Shown one piece after another: positions 1 through 16,212 of a DNA stretch of 64,000 nucleotides. A model generated the notes under the pieces. The model was not told the origin of the DNA. It made no database searches and worked only from the letters and a program-made list of their open reading frames with translations. The position numbers and the translations under genes are program-made. Position 1 is the stretch's first letter. Every line of letters begins with the position of its first letter. Source of the DNA: Eledone cirrhosa (taxonomy: Eukaryota); contig OZ024761.1 of the NCBI GenBank assembly GCA_964016885.1, positions 24,552,001 to 24,616,000 of the forward strand, written 5' to 3'.

Positions 1-20
1 TATATACATATGTATATGTA

Positions 21-220
21 NNNNNNNNNNNNNNNNNNNNNNNNNNNNNNNNNNNNNNNNNNNNNNNNNNNNNNNNNNNNNNNNNNNNNNNNNNNNNNNN
101 NNNNNNNNNNNNNNNNNNNNNNNNNNNNNNNNNNNNNNNNNNNNNNNNNNNNNNNNNNNNNNNNNNNNNNNNNNNNNNNNNNNNNNNNNNNNNNNNNNNN
201 NNNNNNNNNNNNNNNNNNNN
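21..220. other. Assembly gap (200 N)
   Basis: Run of n characters inside a (TA)n tract. Confidence 0.99.
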
Positions 221-375
221 ATTTTGAAAAATTTGGACTGTGAACAACAATTATAATTGAGTGGCTGCTATTTGCAGTATAGCAATATAAGGTTGCACTT
301 ACCAATGAAACGGTCGTAAACACCTGGATAAAATCCTTCTCTTAATGCTTACCTGTGTTTTCTTTTTATACGATG

Positions 376-407
<32 letters not shown>

Positions 408-415
408 TATATATA

Positions 416-458
<43 letters not shown>

Positions 459-460
459 GC

Positions 461-526
<66 letters not shown>

Positions 527-772
527 GTATACACATATATATATAATCTATGATATGAAATAGATAGACCTGTAAAACCATCAGCATCGATCCGCTGACT
601 CCTAGACTAGATTCTGGTTTACTACGCTGTAACATTAGTATTATATATATGTATATATATATATATGTGTATATATATATATATATGTGTATATATATAT
701 ATATATATAGATATATATATACAGACAGACATACAAACGCAGAAACAACCGCACCCTTTCTGTCACATACGC

Positions 773-834
<62 letters not shown>

Positions 835-1140
835 AACAAAACAGCAAATGAATGCAACAAGCTCAACATATTCAAACATTACACACACTACATAGTACTC
901 ACATATAACCTACGTACATACGCACCAACGCAACACTCGTACAATCCACACCAAAACTGTATAGCTGTCTCTTGTAATTTACAATATAAAAGCAACGTGT
1001 TGGCTTTCGTTTTTGCCAAACTTTGTGGAAATCTGTCATGTTATATAAGCGAAATAATATATTCGAAGATATTCTTTCTCGTTATATTTTCTAACATCCA
1101 ACACATTATATGGGATTGCTCTCTCATTTCTCCCTCACCT

Positions 1141-1360
1141 TCACCTTCAAACTCTCTTTCTCGCCCTTTCTCTCTCACCTTCAAGCTCTCTTTCTCGCCG
1201 TTTCTCTCTCACCTTCAAGCTCTCTTTCTCGCCCTTTCTCTCTCACCTTCAAGCTCTCTTTCTCGCCCTTTCTCTCTCACCTTCAAACTCTCTTTCTCGC
1301 CCTTTCTCTCTCACCTTCAAGCTCTTTTTCTCGCCCTTTCTCTCTCACCTTCAAACTCTC
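1141..1360. repeat. 34-bp minisatellite, about 6.5 copies (TCACCTTCAAGCTCTCTTTCTCGCCCTTTCTCTC)
   Basis: Unit starts at 1141, 1175, 1209, 1243, 1277, 1311, 1345. Confidence 0.9.
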
Positions 1361-1830
1361 ATTCTCCGCCTTTTCTCCCCCGTTCTCTTCCCCGTTCTAT
1401 TCCCCGTTCTCTTCCCCGTTCTCTCCCCCTTTCTCCCCCCCCCCCCCCCTTTCTCCCCCCCCCCTTTCTCCCCCCTTCTCCCCCTTTCTCTCCCCTTCTC
1501 TCCCCCTTTCTCTCCCCTTCTCTCCCCCTTTCTCTCCCCGTTCTCTCCCCCGTTCTCTCCCCCCGTTCTCTCCCCCCCTTTCTCTCCCCCTTTCTCTCCC
1601 CCTTTTCTCTCCCCCTTTCTCTCCCCCTTTCTCTCCCCCTTTCTCCCCCCCCCCTTTCTCTCCCCTTTCTCCTCCCCCTTTCTCCTCCCCCTTTCTCCTC
1701 CCCCTTTCTCCTCCCCCTTTCTCTCCCCCTTTCTCTCCCCCTTTCTCTCCCACTTTCTCCCACTTTCTCCCACTTTTTCTCCCCCTTTCTCCCACTTTCT
1801 CTCCCCCTTTCACTCACTCTCTTTCTCACT
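1361..1830. repeat. Polypyrimidine tract with 12-bp periodicity (CCCCCTTTCTCT)n
   Basis: Almost exclusively C/T on the + strand, with long G-runs on the - strand. Confidence 0.9.
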
Positions 1831-2140
1831 CACACAAACATTACGCCCAGTCAAACCCTGATAGCCGCTATTTCTCTGTCAAAATGAATTTACTTTAAAT
1901 AATTTAACCGGAAACAAATAAATATCTTAATTATTATTTTCTGCTATATTTTTTTATATGTATATAACTTTTGTAGTTTTTCTGTGTATTTTGATTTATA
2001 TATTTTTACCTATGTTGTTTATGTAGTTTTTTTTCTTCGCATCTCGTTTCATTAGATATTGTCCATGATTTTATGTCTCTCTATATCTTTCCTTGTCTCT
2101 TCTTAATCTTTCTGCACCCCCCCACCCCTTCTCTCTCTTT

Positions 2141-2169
2141 ACATATATAAATATATGAATATATATTTG

Positions 2170-2202
<33 letters not shown>

Positions 2203-2265
2203 GTATATTTGTATATATGTATATGTATGTATATATATATGTAAATATATATATATATATATTTG

Positions 2266-2299
<34 letters not shown>

Positions 2300-2317
2300 T
2301 TTGTATATATATATGTA

Positions 2318-2378
<61 letters not shown>

Positions 2379-2411
2379 GTATGTATATATATATATATAT
2401 GTATATGTATG

Positions 2412-2442
<31 letters not shown>

Positions 2443-2479
2443 GTATATGTATATATATATGTGTATGTATATATATATG

Positions 2480-2562
<83 letters not shown>

Positions 2563-2729
2563 GTGTATGTATATATATATGTATATATATATGTATATAT
2601 ATATGTATATATATATGTATATATATATGTATATATATGTGTATGTATATATATATGTATATATATATGTATATGTATATATATATGTATATATATATGT
2701 ATATGTATATATATATGTATATGTATATG

Positions 2730-2761
<32 letters not shown>

Positions 2762-2955
2762 TATGTATATGTATATGTATATATATATATATGTATATGT
2801 ATATATATATGTATACGTATATGTATATATATATATGTATATATATATATGTATATATATATATGTATATATATATATGTATATATATATATGTATATAT
2901 ATATGTATATATGTATATATATATATGTATATATATATATGTATATATATATATG

Positions 2956-3000
<45 letters not shown>

Positions 3001-4022
3001 ATATATATATGTATATATATATATGTATATATATATATGTATATATATATATGTATATATATATATGTATATATATATATGTATATATATATATGTATAT
3101 ATATGTATATATATATATGTATATATATATGTATATATATATATGTATATATATATGTATATATATATATGTATATATATATATGTATATATATATATGT
3201 ATATATATATGTATATATATATATATATATGTATACGTATATGTATATATATATATGTATATATATATATGTATACGTATATGTATATATGTATATGTAT
3301 ATATATATATATGTATACGTATATGTATATATATATATGTATATGTATATATATATATATGTATACGTATATGTATATATATATATGTATATGTATATAT
3401 ATATATATGTATACGTATATGTATATATATATATGTATATGTATATATGTATATGTATATGTATATATATATATATGTATATGTATATATATATATATGT
3501 ATACGTATATGTATATATGTATATGTATATATGTATATGTATATATGTATATGTATATATGTATATGTATATATGTATATGCATATATATATATGTATGT
3601 ATATATATATGCATATATATATATGTATGTATATATATATGTATATATATATGTATATATATATATATATTTGTATATATATATGTATATATATATATAT
3701 ATTTGTATATATATATGTATATATATATATATATTTGTATATATATATGTATATATATATATATATATTTGTATATATATATGTATATATATATATATAT
3801 TTGTATATATATATGTATATATATATATATATATTTGTATATATATATGTATATATATATATATATTTGTATATATATATGTATATATATATATATATTT
3901 GTATATATATATGTATATATATATATATATTTGTATATATATATGTATATATATATATATATTTGTATATATATTATGTATATATGTATATATATATATG
4001 TATATATGTATATATATATATA
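2141..4022. repeat. Compound (TA)n/(TATG)n microsatellite
   Basis: Seen directly; source of the spurious YIYI ORFs. Confidence 0.97.
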
Positions 4023-4024
4023 TG

Positions 4025-4743
4025 CTGTTTACTTGTCTCACTCGCTTTACGCGATTAATTAGTCCCAATAGCTTTATTTAGCTATTGCTCTCACCAACCT
4101 GAGGTATATGATTTTTAATGCGATGAAATATCAATGATGGTTGGCAAATCACTGACGAAGGACTAATTTTATCATATGTAACCCATGTGCAACCACGCAG
4201 TATTCTTCTGTCTTCTCATGTTTTTTATATATATTTACCTCGGCTGCGTTTGTCTGTTTCTCTCTTACTGCTTCCACGTTCTCTCTGTTGCTCTCACCTT
4301 CTTTCACCCCCTCTGTCAGTTCCACTTTCTCTCGACTGACCTCTTCCTCGCACTTCCACTCACTCACTCTCTGTTTCTCCCCTTCTCACTTCCTCCCGTT
4401 TGGCTCGTAGTGGGTTCTCTTCTTGCATACATCTCACTCACGTCGGACGGTCTGTATCACGATCGCTCATGAAATACACCCAGCTTATGCTCACCGGATA
4501 ACCATGTTGCTTGTTTATTCCCATCTTTGCGTTGCTTTCATCCTTCTATGTTGTTTACTTATCTCACTCGCTTTACGCGATTTACTTGTCCCAATAGCTT
4601 TATTTAGCTATTGCTCGCACCAACCTGAAGTATATGATTTTTAATGCGATGTAATACCAATGATGGTTGGCAAATCACTGACGAAGGACTATTCTTATCA
4701 TATGTAACCCATGTGCAACCAAGCAGTATTCTTGTTTCTTCTC

Positions 4744-4750
<7 letters not shown>
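4025..4750 (+). mobile_element. Non-coding element with ~200-bp direct repeats (4025-4228, 4551-4750) and degenerate hammerhead-like cores; retrozyme/Penelope pLTR-like
   Basis: Direct repeats 526 bp apart, each with CTGACGAAGG (4152, 4678). (TA)n on both sides. Third copy at ~48672-49045. Confidence 0.55.
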
Positions 4751-4788
<38 letters not shown>

Positions 4789-4811
4789 TATATATATATA
4801 CAGATATACAT

Positions 4812-4849
<38 letters not shown>

Positions 4850-5251
4850 CATATACAGATATACATCATACATATATATATATATATATATACATATATA
4901 TATAGACAAGAATTAAAATAAACACGACGAAATAATGAAATACCATGAACGCTACTAAGATATCTGCAGTGCGCCAATAAATAAAGTTCAGTGTTAATAT
5001 TTCATCAAATAAACAGCAGACACTACCACTATCTTAATGATTGATTCCTGTGACCAAAATTCGATTATTTTATTTTTCTTTATTTGTAATTGTTGTTGTT
5101 GTCATCGATCTTACAACATGCTATAATTTGTGTTTATATAGTTTATTTGTTTCATCTGCTATCGGATACGACTTCGTAACTTATGAGCTACTAGATATGT
5201 CAGGTACTGTCTGGCCACTGTACTGTACTGTGTGGATTCTTTCTAGCTGTC

Positions 5252-5294
<43 letters not shown>

Positions 5295-5487
5295 GTGTGT
5301 ATGTGTGTGTGTGTGTATGTTTATATATGTAACTCTTCTCAAACTGACTGTTCTCGACTTGGTAGCATATATATATATATATATATATAATATATATATT
5401 TACATATATATATATATTTATATACTATATGTAAATATATATATATGTCAATATATATATATATATGTCTACACATATATATATATG

Positions 5488-5548
<61 letters not shown>

Positions 5549-5688
5549 AAGGTAAACAGAAACAACAACACAATCGGTACAGTATATGGAAGGGATATAT
5601 TAGTTTAACGCTTGATATAGCAGGAATAGTCTCTTAACACCACTGAAATTGCCTGTAAAAGAGGCTGTTTGCATAATTACATCATATA

Positions 5689-5727
<39 letters not shown>

Positions 5728-5746
5728 GTATGTATGTGTGTGTATG

Positions 5747-5784
<38 letters not shown>

Positions 5785-5789
<5 letters not shown>

Positions 5790-6110
5790 GATATTAATAA
5801 ATGGAAACTATATTTATAAAACCATATTTATTTCATTATATATATATTTCAAGGATACCAAGTTACATTATGGTATGCCTTCATCAGACAAAATACAATA
5901 TATAACAGTTTTATAAATAGACATTGACGTACCCTTTTAAAAAGTGACCGTTGCTTTTGGAGGCCATCAGGATAGTCTATTTATAAAACTGTTATATATT
6001 ATATTTTGTCTGATGAAGGCATACCATAATTTAACTTGTTATCCTTGAAATATATATAATGAAATAAATATGGTTTTATAAATATAGTTTCCATTTATTA
6101 ATATCGTATA
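5785..6110. mobile_element. Fold-back element: ~135-bp inverted arms, each containing a minimal type I hammerhead
   Basis: Arms 5785-5922 and 5975-6110 are near-perfect reverse complements. Confidence 0.8.
6002..6066 (+). ncRNA. Minimal type I hammerhead ribozyme (mirror copy on - strand at 5829-5895)
   Basis: Stem I TATTTTGT/ATGAAATA, CTGATGA at 6010, stem II closed by AGG/CCT, GAAA at 6047, palindromic TATATA, UA site. Confidence 0.7.
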
Positions 6111-6193
6111 TCTACTCCAAATATTTGTCGAGTGCTTTATATCAGTTATAATAATATTTGCTTGTTGTATCCCAACAATTTAAATAGAACTTT

Positions 6194-6240
<47 letters not shown>

Positions 6241-7198
6241 TAGATCATCCATCTAGACCACGATTCAAACAGGAACCCCCTCCTCATATCATCGTTGCCT
6301 GACTTGGTTACCTCCCATGTGAAATATCTTTCATTTTAGGTCTTATTGCCTGTGTGTTTCACAAACGATAACCGATAATGAATTTCAGTTCAAACCGCCC
6401 CGCTGCTCTATAATTATTTCAATGTTGATAACGCTATAAATGTTATGTTTAAACCAGCAGGCAAATTTGGAAATAAAATTTCGGTTACAAAAATACGGGA
6501 ATGAATTTTTTCACGTCCAAAAGCCAAATTATTATTTTCTAGAATCTTCCCAAAGGGCTCTAATTAAATGACGAATTCCACATGAAATATTATTTTTAAT
6601 GATAATAATGATAAAAACAATAATAATAATTATATCGAATGGTTTACCATCTTCTTTACAGTTCTATTATTATCATTATATTAAATTTTAAATGATAATT
6701 TTATTTTAAATTACAAACAATATCGAAATCTTCGGTTTGTCAAATATTTGGTTCTGAATGTGTTTTCGTTAAAAAGACAAAAAACAAAAAAAAACAACAA
6801 AAAAACCAAGAAGAAGAAGACGAAAGTGTAACTTAATAATGTAAAATTGGACAATTGGACAATATGGCGTTCACTGAATTAAAACACAATATTTTTTTGT
6901 TTCTACGAGGACGTATAAAAGTTTCAGAAAAGACTCACAAAAGATGTACAAAAGATATACAAAGGCATTTTAACTCTTAAAACCGATGACAGCTAGATTA
7001 TTGTCAAGAGAATTTCCATCTGGCAGATAAAGTAATCTGTAAACCAGATGTGATTGGTCTGCTGTTAGTGTCACCATAACTAAGCATTTAAAATTATAGT
7101 CCTATTGGTATAGTTAATTATTTATTGGTCAGCTTTTACAAAGCCCTAGAAATTAGAAACTCTGCACCCCCTCCTAGACGTTGTATATAGACACACAC

Positions 7199-7246
<48 letters not shown>

Positions 7247-7286
7247 TAATTGACAGATTAATTATATATATTAATATACAGATTAA

Positions 7287-7333
<47 letters not shown>

Positions 7334-7705
7334 ATGTGGAGAAGTGACACGTGAGTTGATATATATATATATAGTAAAAAAGGAAAGAAAATCAATAGAA
7401 AATGCATTTAATTGTACCGGTTTCAGCTTATACGCTTTTTCAGGGACAGAGGTGTTAAATGCAATTACATTGCATATTAATAAGAATAGGAAAAATATGG
7501 AGAAAAAAATAAGTGTTTACACACATATTTAGGGAGACGAGTTCACATTTTTGTCCGTAGTTTTCTTTCTTTTTCTCTTTCTTTCTAAGGTCTGTTGACC
7601 TTAGCCTTACCAACAACGATCCTTAAACTTGCTAAGGTAATATTCTTTTGTTATCTTGGCAATTTAACATTCTCCATACACATTGTGCTAGTCTTCAAAA
7701 TTTAA

Positions 7706-8583
<878 letters not shown>

Positions 8584-8791
8584 TTTGGCTACAGCCATTG
8601 TTTATGACTGTTACTACTACTACTATTACTACTTCTACTACTACTACTACTACTAGTGACAGTTCGTATTGTAGTTGTTGTTGGTGCTCTTGTAAATTTA
8701 ATTAATTTCCGACAACACAACGAAATTCCAGCATGCTATCAATTTTCCTCTCAAATTTCTCCAGACGTAGGTTACATCTTTAGAACTGATA

Positions 8792-9270
8792 TGTGGGTTG
8801 TGGTGTCTTGGTGTGGGTGGCTTGAGAGGCCGGGTGGTGTGGTGGTGTGTTGTAGTGTGGTGTCTTGGTGTGGGTGGCTTGAGAGGCCGGGTGGTGTGTT
8901 GTAGTGTGGTGTCTTGGTGTGGGTTGCTTGAGAGGCCGGGTGGTGTGGTGTGATGTGATGTGATGTGGTGTCGTGGTGTCGGTTGTTTGAGAGGCTGGAT
9001 GGTGTGATGTGGTGTCGTGGTGTGGTGTGGTGTGGTGTGGTGGTGTGGGTTGCTTGAGAGGCCGGGTGGTGTGGTGTGATGTGGTGTCGTGGTGTGGTGT
9101 GGTGGTGTGGGTTGCTTGAGAGGCCGGGTGGTGTGATGTGGTGTCGTGGTGTGGTGTCGTGTCGTGGTGTGGGTTGTTTGAGAGGCCGGGTGGTGTGGTG
9201 TGATGTGGTGTCGTGGTGTGGTGGTGTGGGTGGCTTGAGAGGCCGGGTGCTGTGGTGGTGTGGGTTGCTT
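8792..9270. repeat. GT-rich minisatellite with core GTGGGTTGCTTGAGAGGCCGGGTGGTG, about 8 variable-length units
   Basis: TTGAGAGGC recurs 8 times, separated by variable (GTGGT/GTGAT)n. Confidence 0.9.
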
Positions 9271-9299
9271 ATATACACGTGCATATATATAAATATATA

Positions 9300-9666
9300 T
9301 AATTCGTTTTGGAATTTGTTTTGTGAGGTTTCCTATCTGTAGTAAATTTACGAGTAAATAAAGACATAAATAAATAAATAAATAAAAACGCACACCCACA
9401 CCCGGATTTAACGCATGCGCAAACTACGCACACAATACACAACACACAAAAACAAGATGGTGTAGGACAGAATAAAGGAGAGAGACAAAATAAAAAGCTG
9501 TGGAGGTCACATAATGTGTGACGAAAGAGCTTTGACAATACATAAACAACCCTCCCGTTATCGAACCAACCAAACAACCAAGCGGAAACTCATAATAACT
9601 TGAAGTGAAAACCAACAGGTGCTTGTGTTTTTATTGGCAGCAGGACCGTCCAAAGTATAACAATAA
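9300..9666 (+). mobile_element. Diverged copy of the hammerhead family also at 20345-20836 and 60556-60900
   Basis: Reverse-complement homology. GTCAC..GTGAC-GAAA-GAGC-TT is retained; the 5' core has decayed to CTGTGGA. Confidence 0.7.
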
Positions 9667-9685
9667 TATATATATATATATATAT

Positions 9686-9887
9686 AACAAAGAGGGTGTG
9701 GTTAGATACCAGGTAGACCATAAGGCACAAGAGTATTCAATGCTTTGGGTAGTAGAGTGCGTAATAGAAAAAAAGTCAGGAGCCCGACGGCCGAGCTGCG
9801 GCCGTTTCGACAGCTTAATCGGAACGCATTCGGGTCTAGCTGTCGAAACGGCCGGAGCTCAGCCGTCGGGAACCTGACTCTTTTGCT
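9686..9887. mobile_element. GC-rich hairpin element (family also at 26683-26854 and 41255-41393)
   Basis: Hairpin 9776-9879 plus shared tail TATTAC(C/G)CACTCTACTACCC; (TA)n flanks. Confidence 0.75.
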
Positions 9888-9938
9888 ATATATATATATA
9901 CACACACACACATATATATATACACACACACACACACC

Positions 9939-9980
<42 letters not shown>

Positions 9981-10103
9981 AACACAAACACAAACACATA
10001 TATATATATATATATATAGTGTTATAGTGGGTGATGACAAATTACAAAGATAAGGCGACACTCGTGGATTCACGTGTCTTCGCATATCATGTGAATATAG
10101 TTT

Positions 10104-10157
<54 letters not shown>

Positions 10158-10430
10158 CTCCAATCACTTTTGACGAGGGTGTGGCATGTAGAGGCCATCT
10201 GGCGTAATAATTGTATCGCTGGACCTGCTGCTCTGGAACAATTCTTTGTTTAAAGTTTGTTGTAACCTAGTAGGGATTACTGAATGTAAATATTGTAAAT
10301 CTTTTCAAGTTGTCAATTTCACATAATGACGTGGCTGATTGTCTGGTGAAGTAAGCCACCCATAGAAATACGTCTTTTGTATTTGTGCAACAATAAATGA
10401 ATATATTGCAATCCAGCTTTCTTTTACATT

Positions 10431-10469
<39 letters not shown>

Positions 10470-10534
10470 AGAGAGATATACACACATCCATCCATATATA
10501 TATATATACGCATACATACATATACACATCCATA

Positions 10535-10569
<35 letters not shown>

Positions 10570-10579
10570 ATATATACAC

Positions 10580-10610
<31 letters not shown>

Positions 10611-11319
10611 CATCCATATATATATGAGTGTGTATGTATGTGTGTGTATGTATATATGCATGTATGAGGGTGTGTGTGTGTGGGTGTCTTTGTTTGTCTG
10701 TCTTTGTTTGTGTCTGTGTGATAACGTTAATTATATAAGTAGATAGTCAGAAATAATGACACATCACAGAGCAGCACAAGATAACATAGTACAGCACAAT
10801 ACATATCAAAACGAAAGACAAAACAAGTCGATAAAGTAGATGAATGAACGAAAAAAGAAACAACGAAGAAAAACAGAGAACAACTAAGAAACAAAGAACA
10901 AATGAAAGAAAGAATAAAAGAAAGATAAAGAAGAAAAACGAAAGAAATATACTTAGTGGAAAATTCAGTTGTTTATTGACAGGATAAATAAATAACTAAT
11001 TAAATATATATATTTTTTATCTAAACTATAATAATAAACATAATTCATACAGGCAGTCAGAAAGCACAACACTCATAATACACACACACACACATATATA
11101 TATATGTATATATATATATATAATCCCAGAGATGTACATATGCATAGAGACACATATATCTGCATATACAAGCACACACACCAGTATATATATATATATA
11201 TATTTATATCGGTATGTAATCATATATGTGTATATATATGTATATATACATATATATATGTATATATATATACATATATATATATGTATATATATACATG
11301 TATATATATATATATACAT

Positions 11320-11373
<54 letters not shown>

Positions 11374-11405
11374 ATATATATATAGATATATATATATACA
11401 TATAC

Positions 11406-11443
<38 letters not shown>

Positions 11444-11487
11444 CCATATATACATATATATATATATAGATATATATATACATATAC

Positions 11488-11518
<31 letters not shown>

Positions 11519-11525
11519 GATATAC

Positions 11526-11573
<48 letters not shown>

Positions 11574-11581
11574 GTATATAT

Positions 11582-11624
<43 letters not shown>

Positions 11625-12098
11625 CACATATATATATATATATATATACATGCATACATACATAGTGACAGACTGACAGGCAGACATACACATACCCACA
11701 AACAGTATCAAATGAAAAAAGAAAAAAAACATTAAAAAAGAAGTGTGACGAAAAATTGGCGAAAGACGAGAAATACATCACTTCGGAAAGAAACGAAAAA
11801 TAAAAACATAAAAAAACAACAGGAAAATGGAACAAAACCAACAAATAACAAAAAACAATAATTTGCTAAAAGAAACAAAAGAACATTTATAACCAGAGAA
11901 AAAAAATTTCTGGTTAAAGCTCAGCAGATGAAGTGACACCAGCGAAGATTTTCTAATATGACAGTTAACACGGAACATGAGGCTTTCTTTCGAACAATTG
12001 ATTTAAGGGTTAAAATAAAAAAAACAAAGGTTATCTGAAGCTGACAATCAGTTTAATATGGTATGGAACACAAAACTATTTCAAGACATACAGCATAA

Positions 12099-12129
<31 letters not shown>

Positions 12130-12336
12130 AATATGAATGAAAAAATATATATAAAAAATAAATGACTGCAAAACTCACTGATGCACACACAGATACATAC
12201 ATACGTACATACATACATACATATGCAGTGGCATATATATAAGGGCTTACACATACACACACATATATATATATAGTATGCTTATGATGGACATGCGCAA
12301 ACATTCCCAACAAACCACGCAGCTATTTTTGCAAAA

Positions 12337-12367
<31 letters not shown>

Positions 12368-12381
12368 CATGTATAGCATAG

Positions 12382-12413
<32 letters not shown>

Positions 12414-12427
12414 CATGTATAGCATAG

Positions 12428-12459
<32 letters not shown>

Positions 12460-12508
12460 CATGTATAGCATAGTATATATATATATATATAAACATATAT
12501 AGATATAC

Positions 12509-12543
<35 letters not shown>

Positions 12544-13588
12544 TATATCTATATATGTTTATATATATATACAGTATATCTATATATGTTTATATATATA
12601 TACAGTATATATATGTGTATGTGTGTGTGTATATATAGGTGTGTGCATGTGTATATATATATGTGTGTATATATATATATATGTACATATAGACGTGTGT
12701 ACGTGTGGATATGCGTATGTGTGTGTCTGTGAGTTGTGACGGGGGTGAAGCTACGTGTGTCTATATGATAGGAAATAATGGTGCTGCCAACTCTGATAGA
12801 GAACTAATTCGAAATCGTATTACTCTTTATTAATTAAACTTCCTAAAAATATCAATCTCCAGATTAAAAATCATCGTGGCCATATTGGCGGCATCGGGGA
12901 TGTTGTTAGTGGCATTGGTAGCGGTGGTGGCGATGGTGGCGGTAGTGAAGACTGTAGTGGTGATGGTAGCAATGGTGGCGATAGTGATGGCTGTAGTGGT
13001 GAAGGTGATGGGGGTGGGGGGAGTCAAATTTCGATCCACATTTAAAAAATTCCCTGAACTGCATATACATATTAGTGTGTGTGTGTATATATATATATTC
13101 ATATTCATATATATATATATATATATTCATATATATATATATGTGTATATATATATGTGTATATATATATGTGTGTATATATATATGTGTGTATATATAT
13201 GTGTATATATATATGTGTGTATATATATGTGTATATATATATATGTGTATATATATGTGTGTGTGTATATATATATATATATGCATGTGTATATACACAT
13301 ATATGTGTATATATATATGTATATATAAATATATATATATATGAATATATATATATATACACTAATATATGTATGTGTGTATATATACACACTCATATAT
13401 TATATAATGAACTACGCGTGTGAGTCTGAGTGTGAAGCCGTACAATGAAAGATATATAGATAACGGATTAAAGAGAGACTGGTTGACTGACATACGCCCT
13501 GGATATTTCACACACACATTATATATGTATATATATATTATATATGTATATGGATATATCTATATGAATATATGTATATGAATATATG

Positions 13589-13641
<53 letters not shown>

Positions 13642-14459
13642 GTGTGTGTGTGTGTGTGATGCATGCGGATACGTATGATATCCTTCTATGTATGCGTGTG
13701 CCTTTTGAAATTGATACAAATAATGCAATATTCACACACACACACACACACACACACATACATACATACATACATACATACATACATACATACATACATA
13801 CATACATACATACATACATGTATCCACACATACCTTCACATAAACTCATTCAGAAACACCGAACCCCTTGCATAAGCGATATCCACAGACATCAAGAGAA
13901 GTGTTGAAAAGATTATTTTCTACGCCCTCCACTCCCCGCTGGCAACCGTCATTAATCATGATATATAAATCAATTGTCAAGGAAGCAACTTGTAATTAAA
14001 AATCTTCTCTACGTCAGCAGTATATTTTTTTGTCTTCCCGCAGAAGCCATCACAACAGGAAAGAAATTTAGCTACCACATTAAATTCTAGACATTTCTAC
14101 ATATATACTCCTCTCGCAATAACACAGCCTCTTCTTTCGTTCCTTCTCAAATTCAATCGCACGTAGGCATGCTCTAAAATCTCTATTCCTGTAAACACAT
14201 TACACATACATATTTATATACATGTATATATGTTTGCATATATGTGTGTGTGTATATGTATATATATATATATATATATACATGTGTGTGTGTGTATGTT
14301 TCTTGACTGAAATACTAAACTCCCCCACCCCTGGATCGGGCGCATGTGCCAAAAGGCAACTCCCTCTGATAACCGAATATGTTTGTCATAACGCGCCTCC
14401 CATCATTGGAACTGAAACAGGGATCTTATGAAAGGTTGTCTATCAAAAATCGCTGTAAA

Positions 14460-14730
14460 GACTTCATCTTGTTCTTCTTCGCACACTTATTTGTGAGAGA
14501 GTCGTGTGGGCAGATTCCTCAAACAGTCCCTCAAGCGTATCCTGTCAGAAGCAACCGTCTTCCACTAATACTGTTGGATCCCCAAACGTGACCAGCCAAG
14601 GTCATATATGTTATCCAACCATCTTGCTCGAGGTCTACCACTGGATCTCTTGCTGGCTGGTTTTGCCCGTCAAATCTGTCCAGCAATTCTTTCCTGAGAC
14701 ATTCTTGCCACATGACCATAGTATCAGAGT
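14460..14730 (-). mobile_element. Decayed non-LTR retrotransposon ORF2 3' fragment (RTE-like)
   Basis: Minus-strand peptide ...TYMTLAGHVW...RRLLLTGYA resembles the RTE 'RRLRxxGH' region. Confidence 0.4.
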
Positions 14731-15181
14731 TGTTATCTCTAAATTCGGTTTAGTAGCGGCTCAACATGGAGGGACTCTGAGCTCTGAGCTCAGAGCTACG
14801 CACTTTATCGAGTAACGTTACTCCCACCTAATTTTGAAATATAACCAGCATTGATATGGGAACACGAATACAATGTACGTCAGGGACACACGAGTGTAAA
14901 CTTGTGTAGGTTAAACTATTAAACCCTTTTGGAGATGGGAAGGAGGGAGAAGTGGAAAGATGGAGATTTAAATATAACACTCTTTACATGAGTAATGTTT
15001 TTTATCAACACCTAATGTTGTAGATGACATCTATCTATATATGTAGTAAATGCTTGTTCGTTTCTCAATTGATATATTTCCATGTATCGTTTAAGATTAT
15101 ATTATATATATATATATAGTAATAATAAATGTGAAAACTAAAATCCGAAGAGGGCTCGATAAGGATTATATAAATAAATAA

Positions 15182-15224
<43 letters not shown>

Positions 15225-15225
15225 A

Positions 15226-15292
<67 letters not shown>

Positions 15293-15314
15293 TTTGTATA
15301 TATATATATACATA

Positions 15315-15392
<78 letters not shown>

Positions 15393-15992
15393 AAGTATAT
15401 GTATATATATGTATAACAATGAAAGTGAGTAAAATCGAAGTTACAGTATCGGATACCATCTCTCGAAAGAATAATCTTCAGTAGCTTTGTACGAAGCACT
15501 TAAAAAGATAATTGTTTCTACTTTTGGCACAAGAAAAGATAATATCAATAAATTAAATCTCAGAGTAATAAAAATACGTTAAAAGTGTGACAAATTGAAA
15601 ATTGTGGATAAGTGGAGATTGCCACAGAATCCCCCTCTCCCCCCCCCCATATATATATATATATACATGTATATATATTGGAAAATGTGTGAAATCCTTG
15701 GTACAGTGAGGTATATTTAAAAAAGGAAAATAATGACTTCACTTGTAGTTCTAAACAATTTGATTTAAATTAATAATATCAGGATTTGGTAGATCTAGTA
15801 AGTTCTTTAACTTCAGTGTGAAGATTTTAAAAGATTCCTGGTTAACTTTCCTGGAGAACTTTCTCGCATTCTTCGCTGGCGATTGTCAAACTGACATCAA
15901 GTTGTGTTGTGATGTGTGACTCTATATATATGAGAGATTTGGTTTTGTCTGAGGGTCAGGAGGGGGGGTCTTAATGAGTGTCGGAGCGAAGG

Positions 15993-16025
<33 letters not shown>

Positions 16026-16212
16026 GAATAGAATGAAACGAAATTTCATTTCTCACTCTTAGTACGGCAGTTACTTAAATGTAAGTATGTATGTATATAT
16101 ACGTACATACATATATGTATACAGACGTGCAGTAGTATGTATATATATATATACATACATGCACACATATATATATATATTTATGCACGTATCTGTTTAC
16201 CGAACATTTATT

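Noticed and set aside
649-1898. Pro/Ser/Leu-rich and Gly/Glu/Arg-rich ORFs
   Set aside because: Produced by the minisatellite and polypyrimidine tract.
5142-6371. Possible + strand exons (5142-5203 and 6340-6371, ..LLDMSGLIACVFHKR*)
   Set aside because: Splice-like signals are phase-compatible, but there is no homology, paralogue or other support.
7410-7452. Minus-strand CTGAAAA-AGC..GCT-GAAA-CCGG-TA hammerhead
   Set aside because: Core deviates from CUGANGA and stem I does not pair; at most a dead relic.
8792-9270. Repeat-spacer pattern resembling CRISPR
   Set aside because: Spacers are low-complexity GTGGT repeats, no cas genes are present, and the context is eukaryotic.
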